Position numbers and translations under genes: made by a program
NCBI GenBank assembly: GCA_902762495.1
Contig: CACWOL010000009.1
Span: forward strand, 879 to 64,878
Length of the DNA: 64,000 nucleotides
Reading direction: 5' to 3'
From: an uncultured bacterium
GTDB taxonomy: Bacteria; Verrucomicrobiota; Lentisphaeria; Victivallales; UBA1829
The notes under the pieces: generated by a model
Database searches by the model: none
The model's input: the letters and a program-made list of their open reading frames with translations, nothing else
What the model was told of the DNA's origin: nothing
In this document: one piece after another, positions 43,638 through 64,000 of the stretch
Numbering within the stretch: the first letter of the stretch is position 1
Layout: the number at the start of each line of letters is the position of its first letter

Positions 43638-43666
43638 ACTATACCCCGTTCGGATACGTTTTGCAA
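43638..43666 (-). promoter_or_regulatory. sigma70-type promoter (TTGCAA-N17-TATAGT) for the ldcA operon
   Basis: The minus strand reads TTGCAA aacgtatccgaacgggg TATAGT. Confidence 0.5.
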
Positions 43667-43726
43667 CCCGGCCCGGCGCTTTTTCAGCAAAAAACAGCGC
43701 GGTTTCTGCTTCCCGCATGTCCTGCG

Positions 43727-46225
43727 TCAGAGCAGGGGCGGCGTGGTCTCCGGGAACACGATTTCGCCGTCGCGCTCCACTGCGCGTTCGAGCTTGGCGA
43801 AGAGCTGGTTTTTCCCGCGGTTCTTGAGGCAGTCCAGGTCGCCGATGATCACGAGCTCGCTCCGGCAGCGCGTGTACGCCACGTTGATTCGGTTGGCGTT
43901 GTCCGTGAAGCCGATCCCGTGCCGTTCGCTGCTCCGTACGTAGGAGATGATGACAGCCTCGCTTTCGCCGCCCTGGAAGCTGTCCACGGTCGCAATGTTT
44001 TTCAGCAGGAAGTGGTTCCAGCGGTCCGTCGCGAACCGGCTGGCGAAGAGGTCCGAGAACGTCTTCCGCAGCAGTACGATCTGCCGCCGGTACGGGCTGA
44101 TGACCGTGATGTCCTCCAGCTCGTAGCGGGTCAGCATCGAACGGAACGTCTCGGCGGCGAGCCGGACTTCGCCCGGATTCCAGATGCCTGGACGGCCGTT
44201 TTCATAGACGAACCGTTCCGAACGTTTCTTGAGCGGAAGATGCGAGGTCGAAATGAACCGGAGCGTGGACTTCGGGAACTGCTGTTCGCGTTCGCCCGGC
44301 GGCAGTTTGTAGTAGTCGGCGTCCGGGTTCGGCAGGAGCTCGGCATTGTAGAACATCGTGGAGGCGAACCGCAGGAGGCGGGGATTGCGGCAGCGGTAGG
44401 AGAGGTTCAGCACGTACACCGGGAACTTCCGGTAGCTGATGAGCCATTCCATGATGCTCTTCGTCGCGAGCGTGGCCGCCTCGCTGTCCTCCGAGGGATT
44501 GTCCTTCAGAATCTCCTCGAGTACGCTCTTGTGGCGCGGGAAGGGCGGGAGCTGCCTGTGGTCGCCCAGCAGCACGATCCGGTTCGCCAGCCTCGCCGCG
44601 AGGATTGCCTCGTCCGGCGCGGCCATGCCCGCCTCGTCGATCAGAATCACGTCGAACTCGGTTCCGGTCTTCTGGAAGTTTTCGACCGTGTAGTCGCGCA
44701 GAAGCCCGGGCAGCGTCCCGGCGAAAATGATCCCGGCGGCTTTCTCGCCGCAGCGCGACCGGATCTTCCGGTAGTTGCCGGGCGTGCCGACCCAATGGCT
44801 TTCCATCAGCACGGGGTCCACGTTGTCGCGGTTCCGGGCGCAGCGCAGGAACGGCAGATCCGTGATCCGGCGGCACAGGTTGTCGACCGCCGCATGTGAC
44901 GGCGCGCCCACGAGGATGCGAAGTCCCTGCCGCTGCATCCGCCTCACGATCTGCTCCAACAGATACGTCTTGCCCGTGCCCGGCGGTCCCTGGATCAGGA
45001 CGACCTTGTTCGCGCCCGAACATGCCGCCTCCAGCGCTGCCCGTTGCGGCGCGTTCAGACGGCTGCCCGGTGCGGGCGGAGGGCAGGGCGGCGCCGTGAA
45101 TGTCGTGGCGGATACCCCGAGCAATTCCGCGGCCGCGCCGAACGAATCGGCCGCCCCGTTTTCGAGTTCAAGCTTGAAGTCGCGGATGCTGTTCGCGTAT
45201 TGTTCCAGCGGGCTTTTCGGCATCCGTGCGGTCAGATGCGCCTTTTCCCGTTCAAAATCTATCTTGCGGTCCGCACGGATCCGACCGGCGATCATGTCGC
45301 CGTCGGCCAGGTCCACATGCAGGAATCCGATCCGTTCGCCGTCGTCGTCCCGCGTTACGGACAGCACGTCGTCCTGCCGGACCGGGGCGTCCGGCTTCGC
45401 CTGGATTTCCACGACGAGCTCACGGTCGCGCGACCGGAGCAGGCCGGCATCGGCCAGGCTCAGCGAGAAATCGCGTTCCAGCTCGGCCTGGAGTCGCGCG
45501 GACCGTTCGATGAGCTCCAGCCTCTGTTTCACGCGCCAGACCGTCTCCGACCCGATCACGTCCCGGCGGTTCTTCAGATACGATTCGCCGCCGTCATGTT
45601 CGCGGGCGTATGTGCCGTCGAGCGGCAGGACCAGCTGGTCGTCGAGCTCGTCGCCCGCCAGGTCGGCCAGGGCGCTCTGGATCAGTTCGTGCACCTGCTG
45701 GGCGCCGAGCGACTTGATGGCTTTCAGCGTGCTTTCGGGGAAATCTTCCGCGATGCGGTCGGCATATTCGTGAAGCTCCTTCAGTTTGAGCTTGGAGTCG
45801 ACCGCCGCTTTCCCGTCTTCCTTCATCATTCGCGCGATCTCGCGTATTGCGTCGATCATTTCCGCCACGCCGTCGCTCGTGAGCGAGACAGTCTCCTGTT
45901 CCTCCCAGTCGGCCGTGCCGTCCTGTTTAAGGCGGATCAGGTAGCTTTTCTCCCAGTCGGCCGTCCGGACGCGCAGACGCGGGCAGCCTTCCGCCTCGTC
46001 CCAGCAGTACACGCCCTCGGCGTCCGTGCCGCGATGCCGCGGAAACCTGAGCAGGGTCCCGTTCAGGACCAGCGTGCTTTTTGCCACAGGGAACGGCTGC
46101 GGACAGCAGAGTTTTTCCCATAATTCGTAGAATGCCCGCGAGGCCGCATGCGCGGGGTTGCGCGAAAACATGCGTGCGCGCTCCATCAAATAGCTTTCTA
46201 TAATCTGAGCTTCGGGCGAGTTCAT
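43727..46225 (-). CDS. Upf1/DNA2-like superfamily 1 helicase (AAA_11/AAA_12-type) with ~430-aa uncharacterised N-terminal region
   Basis: GPPGTGKT (Walker A), ILIDEAGMA (motif II), LLGDHRQLPP, VDSFQGGE and NVAYTRCR motifs. The ATG at 46225 is chosen because the track's upstream extension runs across the predicted promoter. Confidence 0.8.
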   Translation of the reverse strand: MNSPEAQIIESYLMERARMFSRNPAHAASRAFYELWEKLCCPQPFPVAKSTLVLNGTLLRFPRHRGTDAEGVYCWDEAEGCPRLRVRTADWEKSYLIRLKQDGTADWEEQETVSLTSDGVAEMIDAIREIARMMKEDGKAAVDSKLKLKELHEYADRIAEDFPESTLKAIKSLGAQQVHELIQSALADLAGDELDDQLVLPLDGTYAREHDGGESYLKNRRDVIGSETVWRVKQRLELIERSARLQAELERDFSLSLADAGLLRSRDRELVVEIQAKPDAPVRQDDVLSVTRDDDGERIGFLHVDLADGDMIAGRIRADRKIDFEREKAHLTARMPKSPLEQYANSIRDFKLELENGAADSFGAAAELLGVSATTFTAPPCPPPAPGSRLNAPQRAALEAACSGANKVVLIQGPPGTGKTYLLEQIVRRMQRQGLRILVGAPSHAAVDNLCRRITDLPFLRCARNRDNVDPVLMESHWVGTPGNYRKIRSRCGEKAAGIIFAGTLPGLLRDYTVENFQKTGTEFDVILIDEAGMAAPDEAILAARLANRIVLLGDHRQLPPFPRHKSVLEEILKDNPSEDSEAATLATKSIMEWLISYRKFPVYVLNLSYRCRNPRLLRFASTMFYNAELLPNPDADYYKLPPGEREQQFPKSTLRFISTSHLPLKKRSERFVYENGRPGIWNPGEVRLAAETFRSMLTRYELEDITVISPYRRQIVLLRKTFSDLFASRFATDRWNHFLLKNIATVDSFQGGESEAVIISYVRSSERHGIGFTDNANRINVAYTRCRSELVIIGDLDCLKNRGKNQLFAKLERAVERDGEIVFPETTPPLL

Positions 46226-46295
46226 CTGCTGTATCAATTTCCGTTGGGTGGTGCGGATGCCTGCATTTCTTGCGCGTCCGCATGTTCGACGGGAT

Positions 46296-46324
46296 AATAT
46301 AGGCCGCCGGAAGGAAAAAGTCAA
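46296..46324 (-). promoter_or_regulatory. sigma70-type promoter (TTGACT-N17-TATATTAT) for the helicase gene
   Basis: The minus strand reads TTGACT ttttccttccggcggcc TATATT AT. Confidence 0.6.
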
Positions 46325-46493
46325 GGCGGAGTACGGAAATGAATATGGCGAAAGACCGGAATGTCGTTTCGGCTGTCTTTTTTTCAAACTTTTTTCTGAT
46401 TTTTGAAAGACTTTTCTAAACATCTTTTGAGGTAAGATGATTTAAAACCTGAATAAAAACCTCGTTTTTTCACGGTTTTTTCGAAAAAAGTGT

Positions 46494-46522
46494 TTGACAA
46501 CGTTACAAATGCGCGTTATATT
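46494..46522 (+). promoter_or_regulatory. consensus sigma70 promoter (TTGACA-N17-TATATTAT) for the TRL-like lipoprotein gene
   Basis: Reads TTGACA acgttacaaatgcgcgt TATATT AT, preceded by alternating T6/A6 tracts. Confidence 0.65.
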
Positions 46523-46605
46523 ATTTGCCACCAGACAAAAGACTTGGACCACTCGGGTCTGAGTAACCATCTATTCAAACCACAAAAAGAAAGGTCTTTT
46601 CTCAA

Positions 46606-46995
46606 ATGAAAAAGATGATTCTTGGTCTTGGCGCCGTCGTCGCCGCCGCTATCGTCACCAGCTGCGCTGGCGTCACCACCAACAACGGTATGCCCGCCCT
46701 CATCGGCATGGGCCCGAACTTCTTCTCCAATGTCAAGTTCAACAGCTACATCGGCGATGTCACCAGCTCCTACACTGTCGTCAAGCACGGCGTCACGGCT
46801 GAAGCCACCGTCACCAGCTTCTTCACCGCTGTCAACATGGGCGATGCTTCCTTCGAAACCCTCAAGGGCAAGGCCCTCGAAGGTCTCTCCGCCGATGACC
46901 TGATCGACGTCCGCGTCGACTACGATCAGAACTGCATCTGCGGTATCAACACCGTTAAGGTCAAACTGACCGGCACCGCCATCAAGTACAAATAA
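46606..46995 (+). CDS. small lipoprotein, TRL-like family (tentative)
   Basis: Lipobox AAAIVTSC. Its 129-aa size and Gly/Thr/Val-rich beta-type sequence resemble TRL-domain lipoproteins. Confidence 0.6.
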   Translation: MKKMILGLGAVVAAAIVTSCAGVTTNNGMPALIGMGPNFFSNVKFNSYIGDVTSSYTVVKHGVTAEATVTSFFTAVNMGDASFETLKGKALEGLSADDLIDVRVDYDQNCICGINTVKVKLTGTAIKYK

Positions 46996-47022
46996 TTGAA
47001 CTGAGTTCAATTTCGTGCTTTT

Positions 47023-47058
47023 GTCCCGGGCCCCTCACCGGACTCGGGATTTTCTTTT
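47023..47058 (+). terminator. probable rho-independent terminator
   Basis: GTCCCGG gcccctca CCGGAC / TCCCG...CGGGA stem options followed by ATTTTCTTTT. Confidence 0.45.
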
Positions 47059-47270
47059 GAATCCTCCCGTTTGCCGGAGAAGGCGGCCGCCGATCACGCC
47101 CGCCGTCATGCTTCTCCCGTGACTTTCCGCTCCGGACAAACGCGAGAACTCGAAAGTCAACCTCGAAACGAGGTAAAAAAAAGCGAGACACTCCATCCAT
47201 GGATTTCCAGGTTTCTTTCGTCCGCAACCCAAAAAAACGGAAAAAACTTCGAAAAAACACGAAAAAGTGC

Positions 47271-47298
47271 TTGCATTTCCCGGAATCCATGATATATT
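47271..47298 (+). promoter_or_regulatory. sigma70-type promoter (TTGCAT-N16-TATATTAT) for tRNA-Thr/tuf, with phased A-tracts upstream
   Basis: Reads TTGCAT ttcccggaatccatga TATATT AT. A5-7 tracts start at 47231, 47241, 47252 and 47262. Confidence 0.6.
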
Positions 47299-47359
47299 AT
47301 CTTTTCATTACGCTTTGAAACGAGGCGTTCCGCTTCAGTTTTGAGTGTGATGCAGTGTT

Positions 47360-47435
<76 letters not shown>

Positions 47436-47517
47436 CTTTTCCCGAATCATACGACACCTTTTAACATAAACAAAACACTTCGGCGAAACTGCCGAAAAAC
47501 TCCTAAGGAGATCAAAA

Positions 47518-48723
<1,206 letters not shown>

Positions 48724-48827
48724 CATCAACTCCGTCCCGCTGCGGATTTCTCTGCCGCCGGTTCGCCTCGAATGGAGGGCCGGCGGCGCGAATCAATCAA
48801 CAGCGGACGAAGAAAGCAGATACCGCC

Positions 48828-48977
48828 ATGCGCGAAATCATCATTCTTGAATGCACCGAGTGCAAACGCCGGAACTACACGACGACCAAGGAGAAGAAGA
48901 ATACTCCCGGCCGTTTCGAGATCAAGAAGTTCTGCAAGTTTGAACGGAAGCACACCATTCACAAGGAATGCCGGTGA
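48828..48977 (+). CDS. rpmG: 50S ribosomal protein L33
   Basis: My own translation gives [49 protein letters not shown] (49 aa, below the track's size cut-off). It sits in the classical position between tuf and tRNA-Trp/secE. Confidence 0.9.
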   Translation: MREIIILECTECKRRNYTTTKEKKNTPGRFEIKKFCKFERKHTIHKECR

Positions 48978-49046
48978 CCGCGTCGGCGCGCCGCTTCAGG
49001 TGCGCCGCATGAGGTCCGGGTGTTCCCCGCAATCAGCACGTTACGC

Positions 49047-49122
49047 AGGAGTGTAGCTCAGTTGGTAGAGCAGCGGTCTCCAAAACCGCAGGTCGTGAGT
49101 TCGAGACTCTCCGCTCCTGCCA
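49047..49122 (+). tRNA. tRNA-Trp (CCA), CCA end encoded
   Basis: Acceptor stem AGGAGTG/CGCTCCT (one G-U pair), anticodon stem GCGGT/ACCGC with loop CTCCAAA, T-loop GTTCGAGAC. Confidence 0.9.
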
Positions 49123-49206
49123 TTTCATTTTCAGACAGAGGATTCGAGTAACGGGTTCCGGACGGAGCCCGGGCGGCGTAAAAGCCGCGGAAATCATTGA
49201 CAAACT

Positions 49207-49413
49207 ATGGACAACAACCTCAGTTTTTTCGGAAAAATACGGTCTTTCATCGAACGGACCATGGATGAGATGAGAAAGTGCACCTGGCCGACCCGGGAAC
49301 AGCTCCTGGAGTCCACGGTGCTTGTCCTCGTTGTCATGGCTGTGTCCTCCGCATACATTGCCGGAGTCGACCAGATCCTCTATCACATCATTGATTACTT
49401 AATTTCTTTCTGA
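49207..49413 (+). CDS. secE: preprotein translocase subunit SecE
   Basis: 68 aa with E(M)RKCTWPTREQL followed by a single TM helix. It lies upstream of nusG. Confidence 0.88.
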   Translation: MDNNLSFFGKIRSFIERTMDEMRKCTWPTREQLLESTVLVLVVMAVSSAYIAGVDQILYHIIDYLISF

Positions 49414-49432
49414 ACCGGGTCCGGTGAATCCT

Positions 49433-50041
49433 ATGAAGACAGACGAAGAAAAGCAGCTCGAACCTGTTGACCGCAGCAAAGGCCAGTGGTACGTTCTTCA
49501 GACCGGTACCGGCCGCGAAAACAAGGTCAAGGAAGCGATCGAAGGGAAACTTTTGCAGGATCCCGGCGCGGTTCCCGTGTACGAGGTGATCATTCCCGTT
49601 CACAAGTACATTGACCCGAAAACCCAGCGCACCGTTACCACCAAGATCCATCCGAACTACGTCTATGTGAGAATGGACCTGTACAAGGAAGACGGCGAGA
49701 TCAACGAAGTCGTCTGGTATTTCGTGCGCGGCATCGCGGGCGTGACCCGTTTCGTCGGCGATCCCGAACACCCGATGCCGATCACGGACGACGAGGTGAA
49801 GGATCTCCTTCACACGGTCGATACGCTGAAGGACGGCGCGACGCTTCCGCCTCCGCCCTCGTGGCTGGTGGTCGGCACCCGCGTCAGAGTCGAGGACCGC
49901 GACTGCGTGTTCAACGGTTCCGACGGCAAGATCATAGAGATCGATCCCGAACATGCGAAACTCAAACTGATGATTTCGATCTTTGAGCGGGATACTCCTG
50001 TTGAATTGGAGTTTGGGCAGGTCGGTCCGTGCGAAGATTGA
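49433..50041 (+). CDS. nusG: transcription termination/antitermination factor NusG
   Basis: WYVLQTGTGRENKV NGN domain and C-terminal KOW domain. The ATG at 49433 is chosen; the GTG at 49424 is also possible. Confidence 0.93.
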   Translation: MKTDEEKQLEPVDRSKGQWYVLQTGTGRENKVKEAIEGKLLQDPGAVPVYEVIIPVHKYIDPKTQRTVTTKIHPNYVYVRMDLYKEDGEINEVVWYFVRGIAGVTRFVGDPEHPMPITDDEVKDLLHTVDTLKDGATLPPPPSWLVVGTRVRVEDRDCVFNGSDGKIIEIDPEHAKLKLMISIFERDTPVELEFGQVGPCED

Positions 50042-50135
50042 CGCACGAAACCGAACAAACATACTAAACATATCGTAGTCCGCAAGGTGGAAGAATTCCT
50101 GCCGGTTCGTACCAGCTTGCGGTGTGGAGACAGAA

Positions 50136-50564
50136 ATGGCGAAAAAGGTAACTGCGGAAATCCGTTTGCAGATCCCGGCTGGCGATGCGAAACCGTCGCC
50201 CCCGGTAGGCCCCGCGCTCGGCCAGGCCGGCGTGAACATCATGGGCTTCTGCAAGCAGTTTAACGCTGCGACTCAGTCACAGGCCGGGATGATCATTCCG
50301 GTCGTGATCACCGTCTACCAGGATCGTTCTTTCACATTTGTCACGAAGTCTCCGCCGGCTGCTGAGCTCATCAAGAAGCTGGCGAACATCCCGAGCGGGT
50401 CCCACAACCCCGGCCGCGAATCGGCCGGAAAGATCACCCGCGCGCAGATCAAGCAGATCGTGGAAATGAAAAAGAAAGACATCAACGCCCGAAGCGAGGA
50501 AGCCGCGATGCGCGTCATCGAGGGTACTGCCCGCAGTATGGGTATCGAGGTGGTAGATGCCTAA
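50136..50564 (+). CDS. rplK: 50S ribosomal protein L11
   Basis: [43 protein letters not shown]. The ATG at 50136 follows a GGAG. Confidence 0.96.
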   Translation: MAKKVTAEIRLQIPAGDAKPSPPVGPALGQAGVNIMGFCKQFNAATQSQAGMIIPVVITVYQDRSFTFVTKSPPAAELIKKLANIPSGSHNPGRESAGKITRAQIKQIVEMKKKDINARSEEAAMRVIEGTARSMGIEVVDA

Positions 50565-51267
50565 AAGAAGCAAACTTTACAGAGCACAGCTGGAGCGTTT
50601 CGACAAGCTCAAACGCTACTCGCTGTCCGAGGCGGCCGCACTGCTCAAGGAACTCCCGAGCGTGAAGTTCGACCAGACGGTCGAAATCGCTTTCAAGCTC
50701 GGGGTCGACCCGAAGCAGACCGACCAGACCGTCCGCGGAGCCGTCGCGCTCCCGCGCGGTACCGGCAAGGAAGTGCGTGTCGTGGTCATCGCGGACGACG
50801 ACAAGTTCCGTCAGGAGGCTGAGGCCGCCGGCGCGAACGTGGTCGGATTCGAAGATGTCATCTCCAAGATCAAAGGCGGATGGCTCGACTTCGACGTCCT
50901 CATCGCGACTCCCTCCTCCATGTCCCAGATCCGCCCCCTGGGCCGTCAGCTCGGCCCCCGCGGCCTCATGCCGAACCCGAAGACCGGCACCGTCACCGAG
51001 AAAGTCGGCGATGCCGTCCGCGAGGCGAAGGCCGGCCGTGCGGAATTCCGTGCCGACCGCGGCGCCTGCGTGCAGGTTCCCATCGGAAAGCTCTCGTTCG
51101 AGGCCGATGCCATCGTCGAGAACGCCGTTGCGGTCATCAAGGCTCTCATCAAAGCGAAACCGTCCTCCGCGAAGGGTGTCTACATCCAGTCGATCACGCT
51201 CAGTGCGACCATGACCCCCGGCGTGAAGGTTGACATTCGCGAAGCATCGGTGAAGGAGACAGCATGA
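50557..51267 (+). CDS. rplA: 50S ribosomal protein L1
   Basis: Shows L1 family sequence and overlaps the rplK end by 8 nt. Confidence 0.96.
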   Translation: MPKRSKLYRAQLERFDKLKRYSLSEAAALLKELPSVKFDQTVEIAFKLGVDPKQTDQTVRGAVALPRGTGKEVRVVVIADDDKFRQEAEAAGANVVGFEDVISKIKGGWLDFDVLIATPSSMSQIRPLGRQLGPRGLMPNPKTGTVTEKVGDAVREAKAGRAEFRADRGACVQVPIGKLSFEADAIVENAVAVIKALIKAKPSSAKGVYIQSITLSATMTPGVKVDIREASVKETA

Positions 51268-51791
51268 GACAGGAACGTATCCAGCTCGGACAGGACGTCG
51301 CTGCCCTCCTTACAGGCTCGGACTATCTGTTCTTTGTGACCTACAAGGGACTGAAGGTCAAAGACGTCGACTCGTTCAAAAAACAACTGGCGCCGCTTGG
51401 CGCAGAGTGCCATGTCCTGAAGAACCGCTTCATCACCAAGATGGCGGAACTCAACGGCCTGACCGCTCTCGCCGAATTCAAACTCACCGGTGATACCGCT
51501 ATGATCTCCGGAAAAGGCGATGCCGGTCCCGTTGCGAAGGCCATCAAGGCCTATTCTAACGAAACCAAAGGTGTTCTTTCCGCCAAGGGCGGCTATTTCG
51601 ACGGCGAAGTGCTGGATGCCCAGCAGGTCGTTGCGATTGCCGATCTCCCCAGCAAGGACGCGCTCCGTGCTCAGCTGCTTGGTCTCCTCGTGGCTGTCCC
51701 GACCGGCCTTGTCCGCGTGCTGAACGCCAAGGCTTCCAGCATCGTCAATGTTATCAACGCTTACAAAAACAAACTCGAAGAAAACTCTTAA
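51264..51791 (+). CDS. rplJ: 50S ribosomal protein L10
   Basis: Shows L10 family sequence. There is a 4-nt overlap with rplA, so no separate L10 leader. Confidence 0.93.
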   Translation: MRQERIQLGQDVAALLTGSDYLFFVTYKGLKVKDVDSFKKQLAPLGAECHVLKNRFITKMAELNGLTALAEFKLTGDTAMISGKGDAGPVAKAIKAYSNETKGVLSAKGGYFDGEVLDAQQVVAIADLPSKDALRAQLLGLLVAVPTGLVRVLNAKASSIVNVINAYKNKLEENS

Positions 51792-51815
51792 TTCAACTCA
51801 TATGGAGGTCATACA

Positions 51816-52220
51816 ATGACTGAACAGGCTAACGTGGAAGTAACGCAGGAAATGGAACAGTTCATCTCCTACGTTGAGAAACTCTCCGTCCTCGAGCTCT
51901 CCAAGCTCGTCAAAGCTCTCGAAGACCGTCTCGGCGTCTCCGCCGCTGCTCCGGTCGCTGTCGCCGCTGCTGCTCCGGCCGCCGCCGCTGCCGCTCCCGC
52001 CGAAGAAAAGACCGAATTCGACGTCATCCTCTCCGACGTCGGCGCGAACAAGATCGCCGTGATCAAGGTCGTCCGCGAGATCGCCGGCCTCGGCCTCAAG
52101 GAAGCCAAAGAGCTCGTCGAAGGTGCTCCGAAGGCTGTCAAGGAAGGCGCTTCCAAGGAAGAAGCTGACAAGATCAAAGAGCAGCTCACTGCCGCTGGCG
52201 CCAAGGTCGAAGTCAAGTAA
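51816..52220 (+). CDS. rplL: 50S ribosomal protein L7/L12
   Basis: Ala-rich hinge and a C-terminal [23 protein letters not shown]-type block. Confidence 0.96.
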   Translation: MTEQANVEVTQEMEQFISYVEKLSVLELSKLVKALEDRLGVSAAAPVAVAAAAPAAAAAAPAEEKTEFDVILSDVGANKIAVIKVVREIAGLGLKEAKELVEGAPKAVKEGASKEEADKIKEQLTAAGAKVEVK

Positions 52221-52295
52221 TGACTTCGCTTTGAAAGAAGTACATTTGTTGACGGCGGGATTCCCTCACGGGAGTCCCCCGTCCTTTCCTCGTTT

Positions 52296-52340
52296 AAATC
52301 CGCAACGGGCTTTGCGGATTTCATGGCAGAACGTTCTGCC
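52296..52340 (+). promoter_or_regulatory. two stem-loops in the rplL-rpoB spacer (candidate attenuator / processing site)
   Basis: AAATCCGCA acgggcttt-type hairpin (52296-52321, ~9-10 bp stem) and the perfect palindrome GGCAGAACGTTCTGCC (52325-52340). Confidence 0.4.
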
Positions 52341-52378
52341 GTGAAAAATTGCCTTCTCAACTAAGCACAGGGTGGAAT

Positions 52379-56197
<3,819 letters not shown>

Positions 56198-56217
56198 CCG
56201 AAGGGGGAAGAGATACT

Positions 56218-60693
<4,476 letters not shown>

Positions 60694-60749
60694 ACCCTGC
60701 AAAAACGAACAAAAATCAAAAAAAATAACGAAAAACTGGAAAAATTGAT

Positions 60750-60778
60750 TTGATTATCCGCAGGAATGAAGGTATATT
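60750..60778 (+). promoter_or_regulatory. sigma70-type promoter (TTGATT-N17-TATATTAT) for rpsL-rpsG-fusA, with phased A-tracts upstream
   Basis: Reads TTGATT atccgcaggaatgaagg TATATT AT. A-tracts occur about every 10 bp from 60701 to 60745. Confidence 0.6.
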
Positions 60779-60836
60779 ATATGCTTGAATTTTTGCGAAT
60801 AATCAGCAATTAACCAGAATACAGGTGGAAAACAAC

Positions 60837-61223
60837 ATGCCGACAATCAACCAGTTGGTCAGAGCCGGTCGCAGCCCGAAGCCCTGCAAGAGCAAATCCA
60901 AAGCTCTTACCAAATGCCCGCAGAGACGTGGCGTTTGCCTTCAGGTCACGACGAGAACCCCGAAAAAGCCGAACTCCGCTATGCGTAAAATCGCCCGTGT
61001 CCGTCTGACCAACGGACTCGAAGTCACCGCCTACATCGGCGGCGAAGGCCACAACCTCCAGGAACACAGCGTCGTCCTCGTGAAGGGCGGCCGTGTCCGT
61101 GACCTCCCGGGCGTCCGCTACCACGTCGTGCGCGGCGCACTCGACAGCATGGGCGTCGACGGACGCCGCCAGGGCCGTTCCAAGTACGGCGCGAAGCGTG
61201 CGAAAGACGACAAGAAGAAATAA
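60837..61223 (+). CDS. rpsL: 30S ribosomal protein S12
   Basis: MPTINQLVR... N-terminus. The ATG at 60837 follows AGGTGGA. Confidence 0.97.
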   Translation: MPTINQLVRAGRSPKPCKSKSKALTKCPQRRGVCLQVTTRTPKKPNSAMRKIARVRLTNGLEVTAYIGGEGHNLQEHSVVLVKGGRVRDLPGVRYHVVRGALDSMGVDGRRQGRSKYGAKRAKDDKKK

Positions 61224-61249
61224 TCCCACGATAAGGTAACGCATACACC

Positions 61250-61720
61250 ATGAGAAGACGCAGAACCACGAAACGGGAACTCATCCCGGACGTCAAATAC
61301 AACAGCGAACTCGTCGCCCGCCTCATCAACACCCTGATGAAGTGCGGCAAGAAGTCCATCGCTCAGAAAATCGTTTACGGCGCGTTCGACTACATCGCGA
61401 CCCAGAAGAAGGACATGGAACCCCTTGAAGTCTTCATCCAGGCCGTCGAGAACGTCAAGCCCAAAGTCGAAGTCAAGTCCCGTCGCGTCGGCGGCGCCAA
61501 CTACCAGGTGCCCATCGACGTCGCTCCGGAACGTCAGGTCGCCCTCGCGATCCGCTGGATCACGACCTATTCTCAGGCCAAGAAGGGCAAACCCATGATG
61601 ATCGCCCTCGCCACGGAACTCCTCGACGCCTTCGACAACACCGGCTCCTCCGTGAAGAAAAAAGATGATACCCACAAGATGGCTCAGGCCAATAAGGCAT
61701 TTGCGCACTACCGCTGGTAA
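61250..61720 (+). CDS. rpsG: 30S ribosomal protein S7
   Basis: Shows S7 family sequence, ending ...FAHYRW. Confidence 0.97.
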   Translation: MRRRRTTKRELIPDVKYNSELVARLINTLMKCGKKSIAQKIVYGAFDYIATQKKDMEPLEVFIQAVENVKPKVEVKSRRVGGANYQVPIDVAPERQVALAIRWITTYSQAKKGKPMMIALATELLDAFDNTGSSVKKKDDTHKMAQANKAFAHYRW

Positions 61721-61747
61721 TCATTCGACGCTCCCAAGTACTACCCT

Positions 61748-63864
<2,117 letters not shown>

Positions 63865-63868
<4 letters not shown>

Positions 63869-64000
63869 GCACAAAGCCCGCTCCCCGTCAGGTCCAGAAG
63901 TTCCGCATTAAGCTTCAGGCCTACGAACACCGCATCCTCGACCAGTCGGTCGCGGAAATCCTCAACACCGCCCGCCGCACCGGATCCCGCGTTGCCGGTC
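63865..64000 (+). CDS. rpsJ: 30S ribosomal protein S10 (3'-truncated by window end)
   Basis: My own translation gives [49 protein letters not shown] overlap with the fusA stop. Confidence 0.9.

Overview
GC-rich bacterial chromosomal window, mostly core housekeeping genes plus three or four accessory patches that look AT-richer by eye. I call 48 CDS and 3 tRNAs; all calls rest on motif and family recognition by eye, since no BLAST, HMM or folding could be run. Positions 1-26.6 kb are almost all minus-strand: a TIGR04076-like gene, a DegT-type aminotransferase, lepB-lepA, a 1440-aa GH13+amylo-1,6-glucosidase fusion, lpxA, argS, a type I mannose-6-P isomerase, a fused dehydratase activase/dehydratase, an FG-GAP repeat protein flanked by structured repeats, prfB, eda, clpX-clpP-tig and a znuABC-like operon with His-rich decorations. 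Positions 26.6-34.1 kb hold the most unusual feature: a tandemly duplicated module in which a secreted protein ending in a (Q/S)PLP + hydrophobic helix + Arg/Lys tail (PEP-CTERM/VPLPA-CTERM-like architecture) is followed by a ~775-aa N-anchored TPR paralog, with a third, small motif-bearing ORF between the two modules. No exosortase-like gene lies in the window. Next come a Memo-AMMECR1 fusion, tRNA-Cys, a GT4 glycosyltransferase, NIF3, an HExxH membrane protein, an AT-rich orphan Wzx-like flippase, an ldcA/site-2-protease/RG-rich anchored protein operon, a stand-alone Upf1-like SF1 helicase and a TRL-like lipoprotein. From 47.3 kb onward is the classical plus-strand cluster tRNA-Thr-tuf-rpmG-tRNA-Trp-secE-nusG-rplKAJL-rpoBC followed by rpsL-rpsG-fusA-rpsJ (partial). 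About 16 sigma70-type promoters with a very uniform TTGAYA-N16/17-TATATT(AT) design, often preceded by phased A/T tracts, can be read directly. A PVC-superphylum origin (Lentisphaerota/Kiritimatiellota/Verrucomicrobiota-like) is only a low-confidence guess.
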